From: the human T2T-CHM13v2.0 reference genome, Homo sapiens
Length of the DNA: 64,000 nt
Assembly: GCF_009914755.1 (NCBI RefSeq)
Contig: NC_060942.1
Reading direction: 5' to 3' (one strand)
Translations under genes and position numbers: made by a program
In this document: positions 38,953 through 55,263 of the stretch, one piece after another
Layout of the letters: the number at the start of each line of letters is the position of its first letter
Numbering within the stretch: position 1 is the first letter of the stretch
The notes under the pieces: model-generated
Databases searched by the model: none
What the model saw: only the letters and a program-made list of their open reading frames with translations
What the model was told of the DNA's origin: nothing

Positions 38953-40471
38953 TCTAATCCAAAAATGTGAGCAGAGCTGCTACTTACCAATCTTAAAAAG
39001 GGGTGTGAACCCTTGATTTCCTACATACACATCCTACTTCTGGGATTAAAGTCCTACCAGAAGCAGGATTTTTAAAAAATATAAAAATCGATTGTTATTT
39101 AAAGATTGGCAATCTCCAGTGTTGTTTGGCTTTGAAACAGACATTTTCAGCTTCACCACTCTTTTTGTTCATGTCGTAAATAATTGTGCACGGAAACACA
39201 CACACATTATTATATGCTTATTTATGTGTATAATATAATCTAAGGAGATCCAAATTTGTTTCTGGATTTGCATTTTGTAATTTATTTCATGAACAATTAG
39301 ACACTGTAAAATGGGAGAATTTTTCCTTTTTATTATTTTCAAAAATATTTCTATGTAATGTTAGCTATGTTTTATAATCTGTTAATGAAACAAAGCATGT
39401 CTGTTTGTGTGTGTGTTGTGTGTGTATTTGATTTTCAAGAACATATGCAAAATCTCCTCCTCAAGGAGACAGGGCTGAGAGAATTGAACTTTTCCTTTCC
39501 CTGTAAACTTCGTGAAACTGTGTATTGGTAGAAGACAGGACTTCTGTGATAGCATGTTGAAATGCTTTTGAAACTGTAAGCATGTAGTAAACTCTTATTG
39601 AAAGCATTTTATGTGTCAGGAATTGTGTTGACTTCTGAGAAAATAACAATATTTAAAAATCCATGGACATGACCTGAAGACCTCTTTGACTGACAGAGGG
39701 CAAGCTAGCAGTATTACATAGACAGAGTGAAAACGGGGCATCACCAGGCCATGAAACACGTGCAGAGAAGGGGGCGACTGGCTCTGTGTGCTGGGGCAGC
39801 AACGGCATTGGGGCATGGAGTGCAGGCTGGAAGGCACTGTGAGGGCTGATGGGGCCAGCAGGACTCAGCAGGAGGAGACCTACCTGTCCTGTGCAACGTT
39901 CTCAACATGTGCTCAATCATAAGACAGAAAGGGGTGGTTGGGGAAGGAGACTGGCAGGTGAGAGGGACCCAGGTGAGTGTGCTATAGATGGCGGTGGGGG
40001 GGCGGTCTTTGGAGCCAGGCAGGCATGGTGACGGGAAGACTGTGGAACGACGAACCTCCCAGGCTCAACAGCCTGGTCCTAGCAAGGAGATGAATAAATG
40101 CACTTACCTCCTATAGCAGCCGATCATGCATTTTTATAATCATTATGATTATTAAAGATCTGGTAGGGCAGACTAGGAAACTTGGAATTTTATTCTTTAA
40201 GTGACCCTGCCACAAATCACCTGCTTTCTCGAAATGCACTTGACTGCAGGTGTCTGAGGAAGAGCGAGGGAAAGGCTGGGAAGTCACTAACTGACTCTAT
40301 TCTAGGAAAACAACAAAACACACACAAATAAACGTGCAAATAACACATCTTTGTCTATATTTATTATGAAGGAATGTAACCTTTTACAAAAAATAATAAA
40401 AGGGATGTTTACTTATTGGAAGTCTTATTACTCTAGTTTATACCCTCTATTTTAACATGAGTTGTCTGTTA

Positions 40472-40595
40472 TCTGTCTCTGTCTGTCCGTCTCTCTGTCT
40501 TTCTCTCTCTGTCTGTCTGTCTCTCTCTCTTTCTCTGTCTCTGTCCCTGTTGCGCTCTCTCTCTCTCTCTCTCTGGTTTTGTCTCCTATCTCTCT

Positions 40596-40634
<39 letters not shown>

Positions 40635-40650
40635 CTTCTCTCTCACACAC
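40472..40650. repeat. Imperfect (CT)n/(CTGT)n microsatellite
   Basis: Read directly. Confidence 0.9.
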
Positions 40651-40989
40651 GAACAGAAAAACAAAACACAAACCTTCTTGGGCATGCCCATTGGGCATAT
40701 CTTTGCAAACCTAATACTAACAATACTAATCTATTTATCTGAGAGTAGGAAAAGGAATAAATGTTACAACACATTAGAATTTCTGCTCTCTCAGTGTGTT
40801 TAACTGGGGACCAAATTAGTGAAAATCAGATGGAGTAAATTCAGTCCTCGAAAGGGTTATGCCAGGGCTTGGTAAAGAGGAGCACTGAGATGTTATTTGG
40901 AACAAACACAAGGTAGGAAATCCTAAAGTAAGGAGAGAGAGCGTAGCTATTATACTCTCTTTTACTTAGAATAAGACAGAAAGAGGACA

Positions 40990-41205
40990 GGCATTTATTG
41001 CATGGCCACTGAATGCTAGGCGTCGTACCTTGTGTAGACGTGTTATCACATATTTTAAGAATATTTCTTAATCTTCGTAAGCCTCAATGTGGTGGATATT
41101 GTCATCCTATCTTACAGTCAGGGAAAGATTTTTAGGAGAATCAAGACACAGGTAGCTAATAAGTAGCCCATGGACTTGGTATTCCACCCACGTCCTTCTC
41201 TAAAT
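40990..41205 (-). mobile_element. MIR fragment
   Basis: GCATTTATTG...TATTGTCATCCTATCTTACAG. Confidence 0.5.
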
Positions 41206-41249
41206 GCTGCGGTGACACAGTCCTCATCGAAGGTGAGTTAGGAGTGAAT

Positions 41250-41430
41250 GTAAAGATGGGTTAAGAATAGGGCCCCTGATTCAGACACAGCTGGACTTCA
41301 AATCCATTCACAAGCCCTAATACCTTGGTATAGTCACTTATGCTCTCAAATGTTCACTTTCTTCAGGTTTAAAACATAATAAATTTATTTTAGGGATTAA
41401 ATAAATACACATGGAAAACATGCAATTTAA
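41250..41430 (+). mobile_element. MIR fragment
   Basis: GGTTAAGAATAGGG...TTCAAATCC...CCTTGG.ATAGTCACTTA...GGATTAAATAA. Confidence 0.6.
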
Positions 41431-42654
41431 TGTCCAATGGGGAAAATAATATTATTAAGACAAATACTTTATGTTTAGAATCACTTGGTTATCATTATTA
41501 TTAGCTACCTTTTGTGGACATTTCATTTCTACTGCAATACAAGCAGCATTTTACAGCACTGGCCTCTGAGGTTTATGATTTAAGTCCTGTTTCCAGGGAA
41601 AGGGCAGTAAAGAGGCTTTAGTTGGCTCAAGAATCCAGTAAAACGTGTGCCTGTTCCTACAGTTTTCTAGCATGCTATGAGAAATCTCAGATTTATTTCC
41701 ATTTGAAGATTTCTGGATTTAACATTTGCATAAATTTCTATTTTTCTATGTGTCCTGGTGATGTCTAGTGCAGTTCTTTTAGGGCAAAGAGGCAAAGGAA
41801 AATAACAAGGAGCAGACATAACATATGTAATGCTCTGGCTAAAATATCAACAGGAGTTAAAGACTTCAGCAAGGAAGATATTTAGCAAATCGATAATTTA
41901 GACTTCCATTTATCTTTTGGTATCTAATTTTTTTCTTTAAAAAAATGATGATTCAAAACCAATGCTTGAAGTAAGGTCAGTAAAAGTTTACATTAACACC
42001 TGTGTCTGACTTCCTATGCATATTGCATTTCAAAGCAAAAACTAGGTTTAGGGCATGCTTCTGTATTCTTATAACTGGAAATAGGGTCGGACCTTCATAA
42101 GTGGTTCCTCCTGCTCACTGTGAAAGGTAAAGATCATCTTGACCCCTCAAAGCCTGGCTGTGCTGCACTTGAGATACGGCTGACAGTCGCCTCTCATGGC
42201 ACATGATCTACGTCTCTATTCATCCCACTTCAACCCCTGCGTTTCTTGTTACGGAATTCACCCCAGATGCTGCAAATGAAGATCATTTAATAAAGGAACC
42301 ATTCTGGATGCTGCGGACCCCAGAAACAGCAAGTGGGGCCCCCTCACTCAGCTGAAGGAGCAAGGGGAGGAGATGATGCCACTGCAGACTGGGAAGTGGG
42401 GCCACTTGGCGAGAACCACAGTTGTGGAGGGGCCCAGCTGTGTCCCAAGAGGTGAAGCTCCGTCTCCTTTTGCCTTTTGGTCTCCTACCAGAGCCCTCCA
42501 CAGACCGGACTCAACCAGAAGACAGTGACAAAGGGGCCAGGGGAGGCGGGTGTGCACAGCGGGCAGGGTCAGCCTCCAGTGCTCCAAGCAGGGAGAGGGA
42601 CAGAGCCAGGCAGGCCATGGAGAAGAACTGCAAAAAAGGTGATCAGTAACCATT

Positions 42655-42740
42655 CGGCGATGTCCCCACTGCGTGGTGCAGAACTCAGCACAGATTAGAC
42701 CCCAGATAAGAATTTGTTGAATGACCGAATGAATAAATGC
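42655..42740 (+). mobile_element. L2 3' tail fragment
   Basis: ATTTGTTGAATGACCGAATGAATAAATG. Confidence 0.5.
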
Positions 42741-42944
42741 TTGTTGGGAATCCCCCCTCCCCGCCAAAAAAAAGAAAAGAAATTACAACATTGCAGCCAA
42801 ATAAACACTAAGAAAAGTGTTATACAAAAATCCAATAGCAGATCCTTTCTAGTGCATGTCCAGCGATACAGAATAGGATGGACAGGAGAGGGGTGAACCT
42901 GGGGACCACTGGCCGCAATCCCCGCCTGTGCCTGAAGAAGATGC

Positions 42945-43100
42945 AACAGCACAAGTTCCTGTGACCTCAGGCACCTCATATGTAAAATGATGACGACAAT
43001 GGAACCCCCACCTGGCAGGGCTTCTGTTAGTCATAGGAATGGTGGAGGCGATTAAGAAAGTGCCTGAAATTCTAGCCTGTGTTTGCTAAGTGCTGTTAAT
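42945..43100 (+). mobile_element. MIR fragment
   Basis: CCTCAGGCACCTCATATGTAAAATG matches the MIR core. Confidence 0.5.
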
Positions 43101-45528
43101 CTCACAGTGATCATGGATCATGCATCAGGGAAGGATGCTCGCCGAAGAGCTTTGCTGGTCTCCTGGTAAGGAAGGAAGTTACTCCAGGGAGAGTGTGCCC
43201 CCTTTCTTGTTCATCCAGCTCTTAGCTCCCTCACGACCCCTGGGGAGAAAGGTAACTGCATCAGTCATCCCAGAGGACAGGTTTCTGAGATGTTATCTGG
43301 GAAAATAGACGTGCCATTTAACTCTATGTAATTTAAATCAAATTGGATATAATGGTTCTTGGTGATGAAGTTTGAAACCTGAAATTTGAAATGAAATATT
43401 ACCAGCTTTTTGGACATGCCATCCCAGGCTCTTTGCAGGTTTGAGCAGTGGTAGATTGAAGGACATGGGCATGGGGCCAGCACAGTTCCTGGCACACAGT
43501 GCTCGGTAAGTGACTTTGAGTGCCTGACACCAAGACAATTGGAACCTGAAACCCATGGTGTTTTCATGCTAATATCATGACACAGCGGCCTGACGTGCAC
43601 ATGCAATAACACTGCATATGTGCCCGGGAAGTATGGCTTTCCAGATGTGTTTTCATATCACTTCCAAAACTCATTTTAAATTTTTGTCTTATGCGGGGGC
43701 CTGGGGGGTTGGGAAGGCAGATGGAGCTTGGGGTAATTGGCAGTGAGGGAGAGGAGAGCAGGAGTGGGGGTGGCCCAGCCAATGCCCTTGCCTCCCACAA
43801 AGCTGTGCAGGAGGAAGCCTCACAGCCAAGGGCACCAACAGCTCCTCCAGCTGGTCCTCTGTGCAGATTCCCCACACGGAGTGAGGATTTGGGGTTGCTA
43901 CACACGAAGCTGTCTACATGCCTGCCTGGACCCAACTCTACATATTGTAGGACAAGTCTGAAAACAGGACTAATTATTTATTTACAGCAAATATCAACCA
44001 GTGTATGATTTTCATTCCTTGGTACTTCCACCCGGGTGTTGACTTATGTTATAAGCTTAGAGTCACGGTAATGACAAATAAATGTGAGCAACTTCAGATC
44101 GTGGTTAAAACTGATGCATATATTCATGCATCCGTGCATTCATTTTCAGCAAACAAGAAGAGCCTCCTGTCTGCGGAGCGCTGCTCTGGGGAGTGGGGCA
44201 CACCAGGAAAGGAGACAGCCTCCAAGAGAAGATGCTGGAATGAGTCTAGGACCCTGTGAGTCAGGACAGAGGCACAGGAAGCAGCCACACATCAGAATGC
44301 GGGGAGGAGGGCAAGAGGGTCACTCTGGCTACAGCATTGCAGAGACGCGTAAGACAGAGAGGAAATGGGGAGGTAGGCAGAGGCCGTATCGCCGAAGGTT
44401 TTGTGAGCTGTGTATTAAAAAGCATGGTCTCAATCAGACAAGGGTCAGGCAGGGACTTCTCAACCCTCCTCACAGTGGAATCACCTGTGGACCTTTAGTG
44501 ACTATCGTTTCGTGGTGACATATTTTGCTTGATGCCAAGGTACTCGTAGGTGCTTAAGGAATGGCTTCTGAGTCATGAAGCTCATAAACCATTCTTTAAC
44601 TTATATCAGTCAAGGAAGAGTTAACTAATAAAGTGGTTTCAGAGATTATCAGAAAATATTAATATAATTCCAATTGATGAATTCAACAGGAAATGTGAAT
44701 ATCAGAACAGTCTCTTTCTATCTCCTTGCTCTAGCAAGCAGCATTTAAAGTTGAGTGTTGTTTGGCTTAAAAGTGTAATTTATTTTTCACTGCTGAGTTA
44801 GCAATACTTAGGCATATTATGCATGCTTAAGAGAGCAGCTTAGTTAAGCTTTAGTGCATGATTCTTAGAAGGTTGTGTTTGAAACTGAATGTGAACGCAC
44901 AAGTGGGCCAACCTGTGACACAGACAGGAGGTGTCATTGCATAAATTAAGCATCTGCTTCATGCATTGCTGCAACTAGTGAGTTTTATTCATAAAATATT
45001 TACACACTATGTTCATAGCTGTTATTGCTCTGTGCCAAGTGAATGAATTTTCTATCTGAAGAAGCAAATGAGTTTCCAACTTGTTAAACTTAACCCCCAA
45101 TGTCCATATGTTCAATTTTTTTTTCATATTCAGGAGAATCGTTCATGAATATGAAGTAAGCAGTGTTTATATTTCATGGTTGTGATCCCAGAATCAATGT
45201 GACTATAAGGGAAAAAGTAGATTGGTTAAGAATATATTTATTAATTTTTGGTAGAAGTAATAGAGCAAGTATTAGAGGAAAAGTTCTCAACATTTGGCCC
45301 AAGACACTCGTGAATATCTGGGGTTCCTTTAAAGGCTTGCAGGGAGTCCATGAATCCCTGGAAATTTGTACTCATTGTGCATTATACTGCTTAAGCACAT
45401 ACAAAAATTCTAGAAGGCTAAATATATAATAAATTTAAAGGCAGTGAAGAACCACTTAACTCACTTAACTCTTTGGTTAGAAATTATATAAAGCTAAGAA
45501 ATAGAGAGGAGCAAACCAATAATCCAAG

Positions 45529-46733
<1,205 letters not shown>

Positions 46734-47287
46734 CTGAGAAGAGCAGTGAGCCCTCAAAGCAACTCCAGCATCATTTCTCATGGGATCCTCCATGCTCTTC
46801 AAGTGACTCAACAATTGTTGGGAATCCAGCCACGTTTTAGGTCTGGCAGGCACACACAGATTTCTGACTATGAATGATCACGGTACTGTTATAGTTGTAG
46901 GAAAATTAGAATAAATTTTAATGTCCCTCCATAGGGGGTAGCAAATAAATGACGATGCTCTAATAAGAGTGAGGTAGCTCTGCTTATCCATATGGAAAGC
47001 TCCCCGATCCACACTGATCATTTAGAAAAGAAACTCGAAAGCTCTGTGTATAATTTCATTTTTGCAAACATAAGCAAGTGAGATATTTGAATTTATATCA
47101 TTTTTATATTAAAATTATGGAAGGATGCGGATTCAAACATGATAAAGTTATTTACTAGGGAGGAGAGCTGAATTTGACTTGGGAGGTGATTTTCAGGTTT
47201 GGCTTTATAAATTTTAGATTTTACAGTAAGCCTGGATTCAGTTACTAGTATTGTGACCTAGAAACAAAAATGAGAAAAGCAAAGCAT

Positions 47288-47590
47288 GGTCAACATGATG
47301 GTGAATACCAGGAATCACAGCCTTTCAGAGGCCAAGGTGAAAGAATTGCTTGAGGCTGGGAGTTTGAGAGCAGGCTGGGCAACACAGTGAGACCCCATCT
47401 CTACAACAAAAAGAGGAAGAAAAAATTAGCCAGGTATGGTGGTGCACACTTGTCGTACTAGCTGCTTGGAGACTAAGACAAGAGGATTGCTTGAGCCCAA
47501 GAGTTTTAGGCTGCAGAGAGCCATGTTTGCATCACAGCACTTGAGCTTGGGTGACAGAGTGAGACCCCATCCCTAAAAAACAGAAGGCAA
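47288..47590 (+). mobile_element. AluJ SINE, highly diverged
   Basis: TTGCTTGAGG...GTGAGACCCCATCTCTAC...GGATTGCTTGAGCCCAAGAG...GGCTGCAG. Confidence 0.88.
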
Positions 47591-48089
47591 AGAAAGACGA
47601 TTCTAGTCACAGAAAAGTGCAGATTATTCGAGTTTGAATTTTTGTACAGTGAGACTATGTAAAATGATGTTTCTCTGTAGCTATGGAAACTTGTGAAAGC
47701 CACTCAGCTGTCCCTACTAAGGAAGCTGGGTGGAAACTACTGCACTTGGTTAGGGAAACCCAAACATGGTGGCATGAGACAGAAGCCTGTTCTTCTGTCA
47801 ATCAGTCATTGAAGGAAGGGCAGCAGGATATTCCTCTTTAAGCTACCTGGGAGCCCAGCCTGCAGTCAGCTCCACCAGTCTCGTGCAGCATCCACCTCTG
47901 GTTAAAGAAGCTGTGTGTGGCCTTGACTCTTCCCAGCAGCAGGTGTGTCTATGAGAAGACCTCATAGTTCCTACATCACTTCAGCTCCCTTCTTGTTGGC
48001 CCTGTATGGCCACTAGTAGCCATATCAGCCGTCTTCCAGCCACCCTGTGGGAGAGAGGATGTCGCCGTGTGCTCAGCTCAGGGAAGCTG

Positions 48090-48474
48090 CTCTTCTCCTT
48101 AGCCAGGGCTACCATGGCAAAGCACCACAGCCGGTGCGGCTTCAGCAACACACATTTAATTCCTCATAATTCTGGAGCATGAAAGTCCAAGATCCAGGTG
48201 CCGTCAGGATTGGTGTCTGGTGAGGCCTCTCTCCTTGACTTGTAGATGCCGTCTTCTCCCTGTGTTCTCACATGGCTGTCCTCTGTGTGTGTCTGTGTCC
48301 TAATCTCTTCTTATAAGGACACCAATCCTGTTGAATTAGGGCCCAATATAACAACCTCATGTTACTGTAATCATCTCTTTGAAGGCCCTATCTTCAAAGA
48401 TGGCCGCATTCTGAGGTCCTGAAGGTTAAGACTTTTGGAGATGAATTTGACGGAACGCAATTCAGCCAATAACA
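48090..48474 (-). mobile_element. MLT1B-like MaLR solo LTR
   Basis: AAGTCCAAGATC.AGGTG...TGTCCTAATCTCTTCTTATAAGGACACCA...TTAGGGCCCA...ATTCTGAGGT.CTG...AATTCAGCCAATAACA. Confidence 0.88.
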
Positions 48475-49074
48475 GCATTACTTTAAGAAAGCCGAGGGAA
48501 CCAGAAGACCGTGGGTCTTTTTCCCCATGGTTGTGAAGAGGTGAGGAGTCCCCCACACCTTGCTTTTCTCCTCCTCTGCCCCCACACCAGCCTGTGAGGG
48601 GAGAGCAGGATGCTGATATGAACAACACGGAAGGACACACAGAAAGCTCCCGAAGGCGCCTCAGCCCTTTTGTGGTCTGCAAGTCTGACTCCATCCAGTC
48701 CTGCTCAGGGCTGTTTCCTCTACCAGTAACTTCTGCTGCCTTCCTCAATTGCAGGTGGGTTGGACTAGTCGGAGAAACCCAGGTAATAAAGTGAAGAATG
48801 CCTCACAAATCCTCCTGCGAGCCTCACGGCCTGTACCCCTCCAGGACACCGGGGAGCTTCTCCTGGGATCGCACGTGGCTTGTGCTGGAATTGCCTCTGG
48901 GAGGCTCTGCCCACTCAGCCCCAGACCCTCAGCAGAACAGCAAGGTGGGTCCCCCCATTCTCTCCCTTACCTGGATAAACTGTCGGCTTTTTCAGGCCCA
49001 GAAAACCCCTCTGGTTACTTGTGCTTGTTCATAATGCCTGCTTTTCATAGCTTACTAACTGTTGTCACTCAAAC

Positions 49075-49198
49075 TTCAAATATATATATAGTATATATAT
49101 ATATATATATTTGAAATATATATATATATACATATATATACTATATATATATATATACACACTCATACATATATATATATACATATATATATATATAA
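49075..49198. repeat. Interrupted (TA)n microsatellite
   Basis: About 120 bp of TA repeats. Confidence 0.92.
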
Positions 49199-49629
49199 TG
49201 TTGGAGACTCAGTCTTGGGTGGGCATATTCTAAAATAGAGACCTGGCTCCCTGGTTTTTCCTTGTTGTACACTGGGGATATCCACTACCTCAATTTGGTT
49301 TCCAGGTGGTAACCTCAAGCCCATGCAAGGTATGGTCAGAGAGGATGGTCAGGAGACAGAGCCTTGGTGGGTTGACTCATGGGGACTTCAGTCTTAGTTG
49401 CTTGCCAACCCTTAGCAAGTCCGCTCCTGACCAATCCCCTATTATTTTTTCATATCTGATGCATGAATACATCGAGGTTCACAAAGCTTGAGTAAACCTC
49501 ACCAGGTTGAGTCCTGGAGGATGTAAGTCCTGCTGTTTTAGGTTCTGAGGCATCGGGGCTTTCCTCCCGCATCAGGCATTCCTCAATTGTCACTGCCCCT
49601 TTTCAGTGGATCATTACCTCTTGGGTAAA

Positions 49630-50060
49630 TCAGACCTGAAAGGCATTCTCAATTTCTCCCCTTCTTTCTACAACAAGTCAGTCACCAATTCCTGTCCAGT
49701 TCGTCTCATGCACATTCCCCAGCCTGTTCCTGCTTCATTCCTCCTAAATCTCGGGTCCTCATCATTTCTCACTCAGATTTTACCAGGGTGATGATTTCAA
49801 TCAGCCTCCATATGCTCCTGTTTCACCCATTTCAACGTATTCTCCAGGCAGATTTTTATAAAATGTAAATTTGATCACATCTCTCCTCTTTAAAATCCTT
49901 CCACTGCTTTTTCAACAGCCACATTGCAGTGAATTATTTTATTTTTCAATCTTTCAGGAGATTGCTATCAGTTTGAAAGACTGGATAACATTCATCTGGG
50001 TATTGCCTGAAAACATATCCTTAGTATATAGTACACACTTGCTAAGTATATTTGAACAGT
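49630..50060 (+). mobile_element. L2 fragment
   Basis: TCAGTCACCAATTCCTGTC...TTTTATAAAATGTAAATTTGATCACATCTCTCCTCTTTAAAATCCTTC. Confidence 0.6.
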
Positions 50061-51929
50061 TTTTCTAAAATAAATTTTAAAATATAATTAATACTATTTA
50101 TATGGTGTCCTTCTCTCCACCCTTGATTTTTGTCAAACCACACCACTAGAAAGCTGCACCTCTACTGCACGGATCTTCCAAAACCAGATTTGATCTCCAC
50201 CCTGCTTCTGCTAAGAAACATTCAGTAGCTTGTCACTGCCCAAAGCCCAGGATCTCTGCTGGGCCTGCAGTCTGGTAAGAATCAATCTTTAAGGTCCTTG
50301 ACAAAGAACATGAGACTGTCAAGTACTCAATATGACAGGGAATTCATGTTTCATGTTAAAATTAGAGATAATTCCATTTATTCAGGAAACATATCACCAT
50401 TCTAGAAAGCTAACTTGCAATGAAGATACAGGTGCAAACCACAGCACAGGAATCTGGGTTTGGGAGTCATTTCTCACTCTTGGGAGTCTGTGCATTGGAA
50501 GTCAGTTTCACGTGTCTTGATGAAGAAAAATGTTGAGGGCTATGGGCATAAAAAGCAGCTCCTTTGCACAAGACATGATTGTCTTTCCTCCTTGCATTTG
50601 GAAGAGACACTTCACCCTTCTTTGTCCAGAATATTCTATTCATCTTGCTCGTCCCAATTCAGAAACTACCTCTGTGAGGCTGTTCTCATTTCACTCAAGC
50701 AAAATCACTCACTTATTCCTGATTTCTTTCTGTTCCTATAGTATGAAGTTTTTTTCTCTGTATTTGTTCAGAACACATGTCTCTCCACAAAATCATGTAT
50801 TTTAAACAATTATGAGTAGAATATTTTTCATCATCTTATTATTTATTGTATCTCTTCATACAAGTTGAATAATGTGTAATGAATACATTTTAAAATGCTT
50901 TTTGTCTTCAAGGAATATGAAATTTGGCAAGGAAAATAAAACTTATGATCTGTAAAATGGGGTAATAGTTTTATTTCAATAATTAAATGAAAAATTGAAT
51001 ACACCTAAAAGAGAATGCATTGGTTTGATTGCCCTTAGATCTAGCTTTATTGGATATATTAATAACCCACAGAAAGAAATTATGTCACCCTACCTGGTGG
51101 TGCAGTTAGCCATAAGTGTAAGGAAAGGTAGAGGCGTAGGCGTGAAGAGTGTGTGATTCCTAAGGAGAGAGGGTGTCACCCATTGCACTCTGCAGATTTC
51201 CAGTCCTCAAGGTGGACACGGTTCTCTGTATAAAGTAATGTATTGGCATTCTGGTGACAATCTCAGGTCCATGTGCATCTTAGTTGGTGTCTGTTGTCAG
51301 AATCTAACTGATTAAGTCAAGACACTGGCTGGAGTATGTCTTAGGTCTTCACATCAGAAAAACTTAAATTCCAGCTGTGTCCCCAGAACCTCAATGATTC
51401 CCAATAAGGTCTCAGTGGCCACCCTGGGGAAAGGAGGAAGGTGGGGGAGGGTCCCGCAGATAATTCCCCAGGTGGGTCTAGATCATCGCCAGAGAAGTTT
51501 GCTTTTGTGTGTTGTTTTGTTAATGTAAGTTTCCATATAGAGTAGCTGCTGGCCATATCAGCAGAATGGATTCATTTACACAGAAGTGCACTGGGTAAAT
51601 GTCACCCCTTGCTCCAGCAATTTCTCGGAGCAGGGTGGGAAGTTTTCACTGCCAAAAACTTTTAGAAGGTCTTTTCTTTACATTATTCCACGGTTTATTT
51701 TAAAGTTTTATTCCACACTAACAATTTCTATGATCAAATATAAACTTGAATAATACAACTGACAACAGGTGCAAAAACTGCTATAAATTTTCAGAAGACA
51801 AAGGTTGCTACTGACTGAGTGATTAGAAGAGGAAATGAAGCAGCATTTGAAGTGGTTTTAATGGATAGCTGGGCTTTGAACAGCTGAATGTAGGAATAGA
51901 TTTAAGCAGAAGGAATTAAAATGTTGACT

Positions 51930-52130
51930 GATGACTCAGACATCAGGCTCTGGAGTGAGACTGCAAGCATGTTAATTATCATTTTAGTACTGACCTTGTA
52001 AACTTAGTGAATTACACAATCTTTCTAGGCCTTATTGTATTAATCCCTTCAATGGGAATATTCATAATAACCTCATAGAGCTGTGGGGGTATTAGGATGA
52101 AAAAAATTACTTGAATTTTATTCAGTATCT
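51930..52130 (+). mobile_element. MIR SINE
   Basis: CAGGCTCTGGAGTGAGACTG...AATGGGAATA...ACCTCATAGAGCTGT. Confidence 0.55.
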
Positions 52131-52559
52131 AATTATAAATCTTGGGAAAATTTTTTAATGAATGATACAGCAAAGGAAAACTTGGCAAGACACATACATG
52201 CACAAACAACACACTCAGACACATCTAAACACTGAAGTTTTTTCACCTCAATTTTTATAGAAAATATTAGCTAAAATATATATAAAATAATGCCAAAGGC
52301 CACATACCCTAAGCATCCTTCCATCAGCATTTTGTGCATTTTTCCATAAGAGCTCTAATGTGTACTTAGACAATAGAAAGGGGGGTCAGCACAAAAGCTC
52401 GATGCAGCCAAGAAGCTCCGCCAATGAAGTAATGTGCTAGACGCGGAGGTGTAGACATAGTGTGATGAAAGCCTGCAGACTCTGGAGTGTAGACATTTAT
52501 CCTTCCTTCCCAAAGCACGCTGCAAAACTGCATGTGATTCTCGAAATACTAAAGCTAAT

Positions 52560-52890
52560 GCTGGAGACTTCAGCTCCCAGTAGTGACAAAGTAGATTCTA
52601 TCAGATTAACTCCCCTGACAATTACAAGTATAAACTCTGGACAAATATTAAAAAATAAATTTTTGATGGCACTGAAGAGTTTCCAAAACCAGCAATAACT
52701 GAAAATAATTTTTGCGATGACAAAGGAGAACCACAGGAAAGTGACTCAAATTTTCCTCTCTTTTCCCATGAAGGCACTTCCCAGCTTTTTCAGGTCATGA
52801 GGGAGAGAGATCAGGCAGAAGGCAGCATCCCATCAGGGCCTAGAAGTTAGTTGTATTTGGGAAATGTCAGAAAATTGAAAGGAAGAATTC
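52560..52890 (+). mobile_element. Old L1M 5'-end fragment
   Basis: GACTTC...TATCAGA.TAAC.C.CC.GAC.A..ACAA.TATAAACTCTGGACAAA. Confidence 0.55.
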
Positions 52891-52892
52891 AC

Positions 52893-53062
52893 AAATACAA
52901 AAAAATTAGCTGGGCATGGTGGCAGGTGCCTGTAGTCCCAGCTACTCAGGAGGCTGAGGCAGGAGAATGGCGTGAAACCGGGAGGCGGAGCGCCACTGCA
53001 CTCCAGCCTGGGCGACAGAGCAAGACTCCGTCTCAAAAATAAATAAATAAAAAAAAATAAAT
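52893..53062 (+). mobile_element. AluY right arm only, with an internal deletion of about 20 bp
   Basis: Starts in the linker (AAATACAAAAAAATTAGC); GAGAATGGCGTGAA is the Y diagnostic; GGCGGAG joins CGCCACTGCAC. Confidence 0.88.
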
Positions 53063-53079
53063 ACTTTAAAGTATTTGTT

Positions 53080-54520
<1,441 letters not shown>

Positions 54521-54944
54521 AAATTAGAGCCTGAAGCAGGATAACTATTCTGCCTAGTGATGGGAAGTATAACACAAAAATGAAAACTTCCTGCCAATTC
54601 ATATCAGAAAGTTGAGTCAGTATAGTGGAGAAGAAAATTGAAACCTTCTGAGGATGCACATAAATATGAGACGAAGAATTAAGTGTGGTAAAAAGACAAA
54701 GAATGAACCATGTCTCTTGCCCAGGATCACACATGAAGTCAAAAGAGTCTCCTAAATTCCAATTTGAGGAACTGACAATTTTGAAATAACCAAAGTTTAA
54801 ACTTCTCCAGGGCTTGTGTTACACCATCTCTCCCTGAAGAAGTTGGAGGGCCAAAGAATTATTCATCATTTTATGTTTAGTTTTGAGTCAATTTTCCAAA
54901 TTTTTAGAAAAAAATGTTTTTTTCTTCTTTTAAAAATTGCTTAC

Positions 54945-55263
54945 TCTGAACAGCTTTGTTGATCTATAATTTACATATAATAATAGTCAACATTATGTGT
55001 GCATCTTGATGATTTTTAGTAAATTAGCATAGCTGTGTAACCATCACAATACGATTTTAGAGCATTTCGGTCACCTCCCAAAAGATTCTGCATGCTTGAT
55101 CACCAGTCGATCCCCACTCCCGCCCCCAGCCCCAGGCCCATGCTGCTCCAGAGTCTGTAGAATTACTATTTCTAGACATTTCATATGAATGAAATCATAA
55201 TATGTGGAATTTTTTTCTGGCTTCTTTCACATAGTGTGATTTTTTAGGTTCATCAGTGTTGTA
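54945..55263 (-). mobile_element. L1MB-type 3' end
   Basis: AACAGCTTT.TTGA..TATAATTTACATA...TTCTAGACATTTCATATGAATGAAATCATA...CTGGCTTCTTTCAC. Confidence 0.8.

Noticed and set aside
43694-43775. G-runs suggesting a G-quadruplex
   Set aside because: The third loop is long and such motifs are common; no supporting context.
49290-49630. Splice-like signals (TTTCCAG/GTG...AAG/GTATGG; TTTTCAG/TGG...GG/GTAAAT), and similar acceptors near 23855 and 25348
   Set aside because: Such matches are expected by chance in 64 kb; no coherent exon chain can be supported without transcript data.
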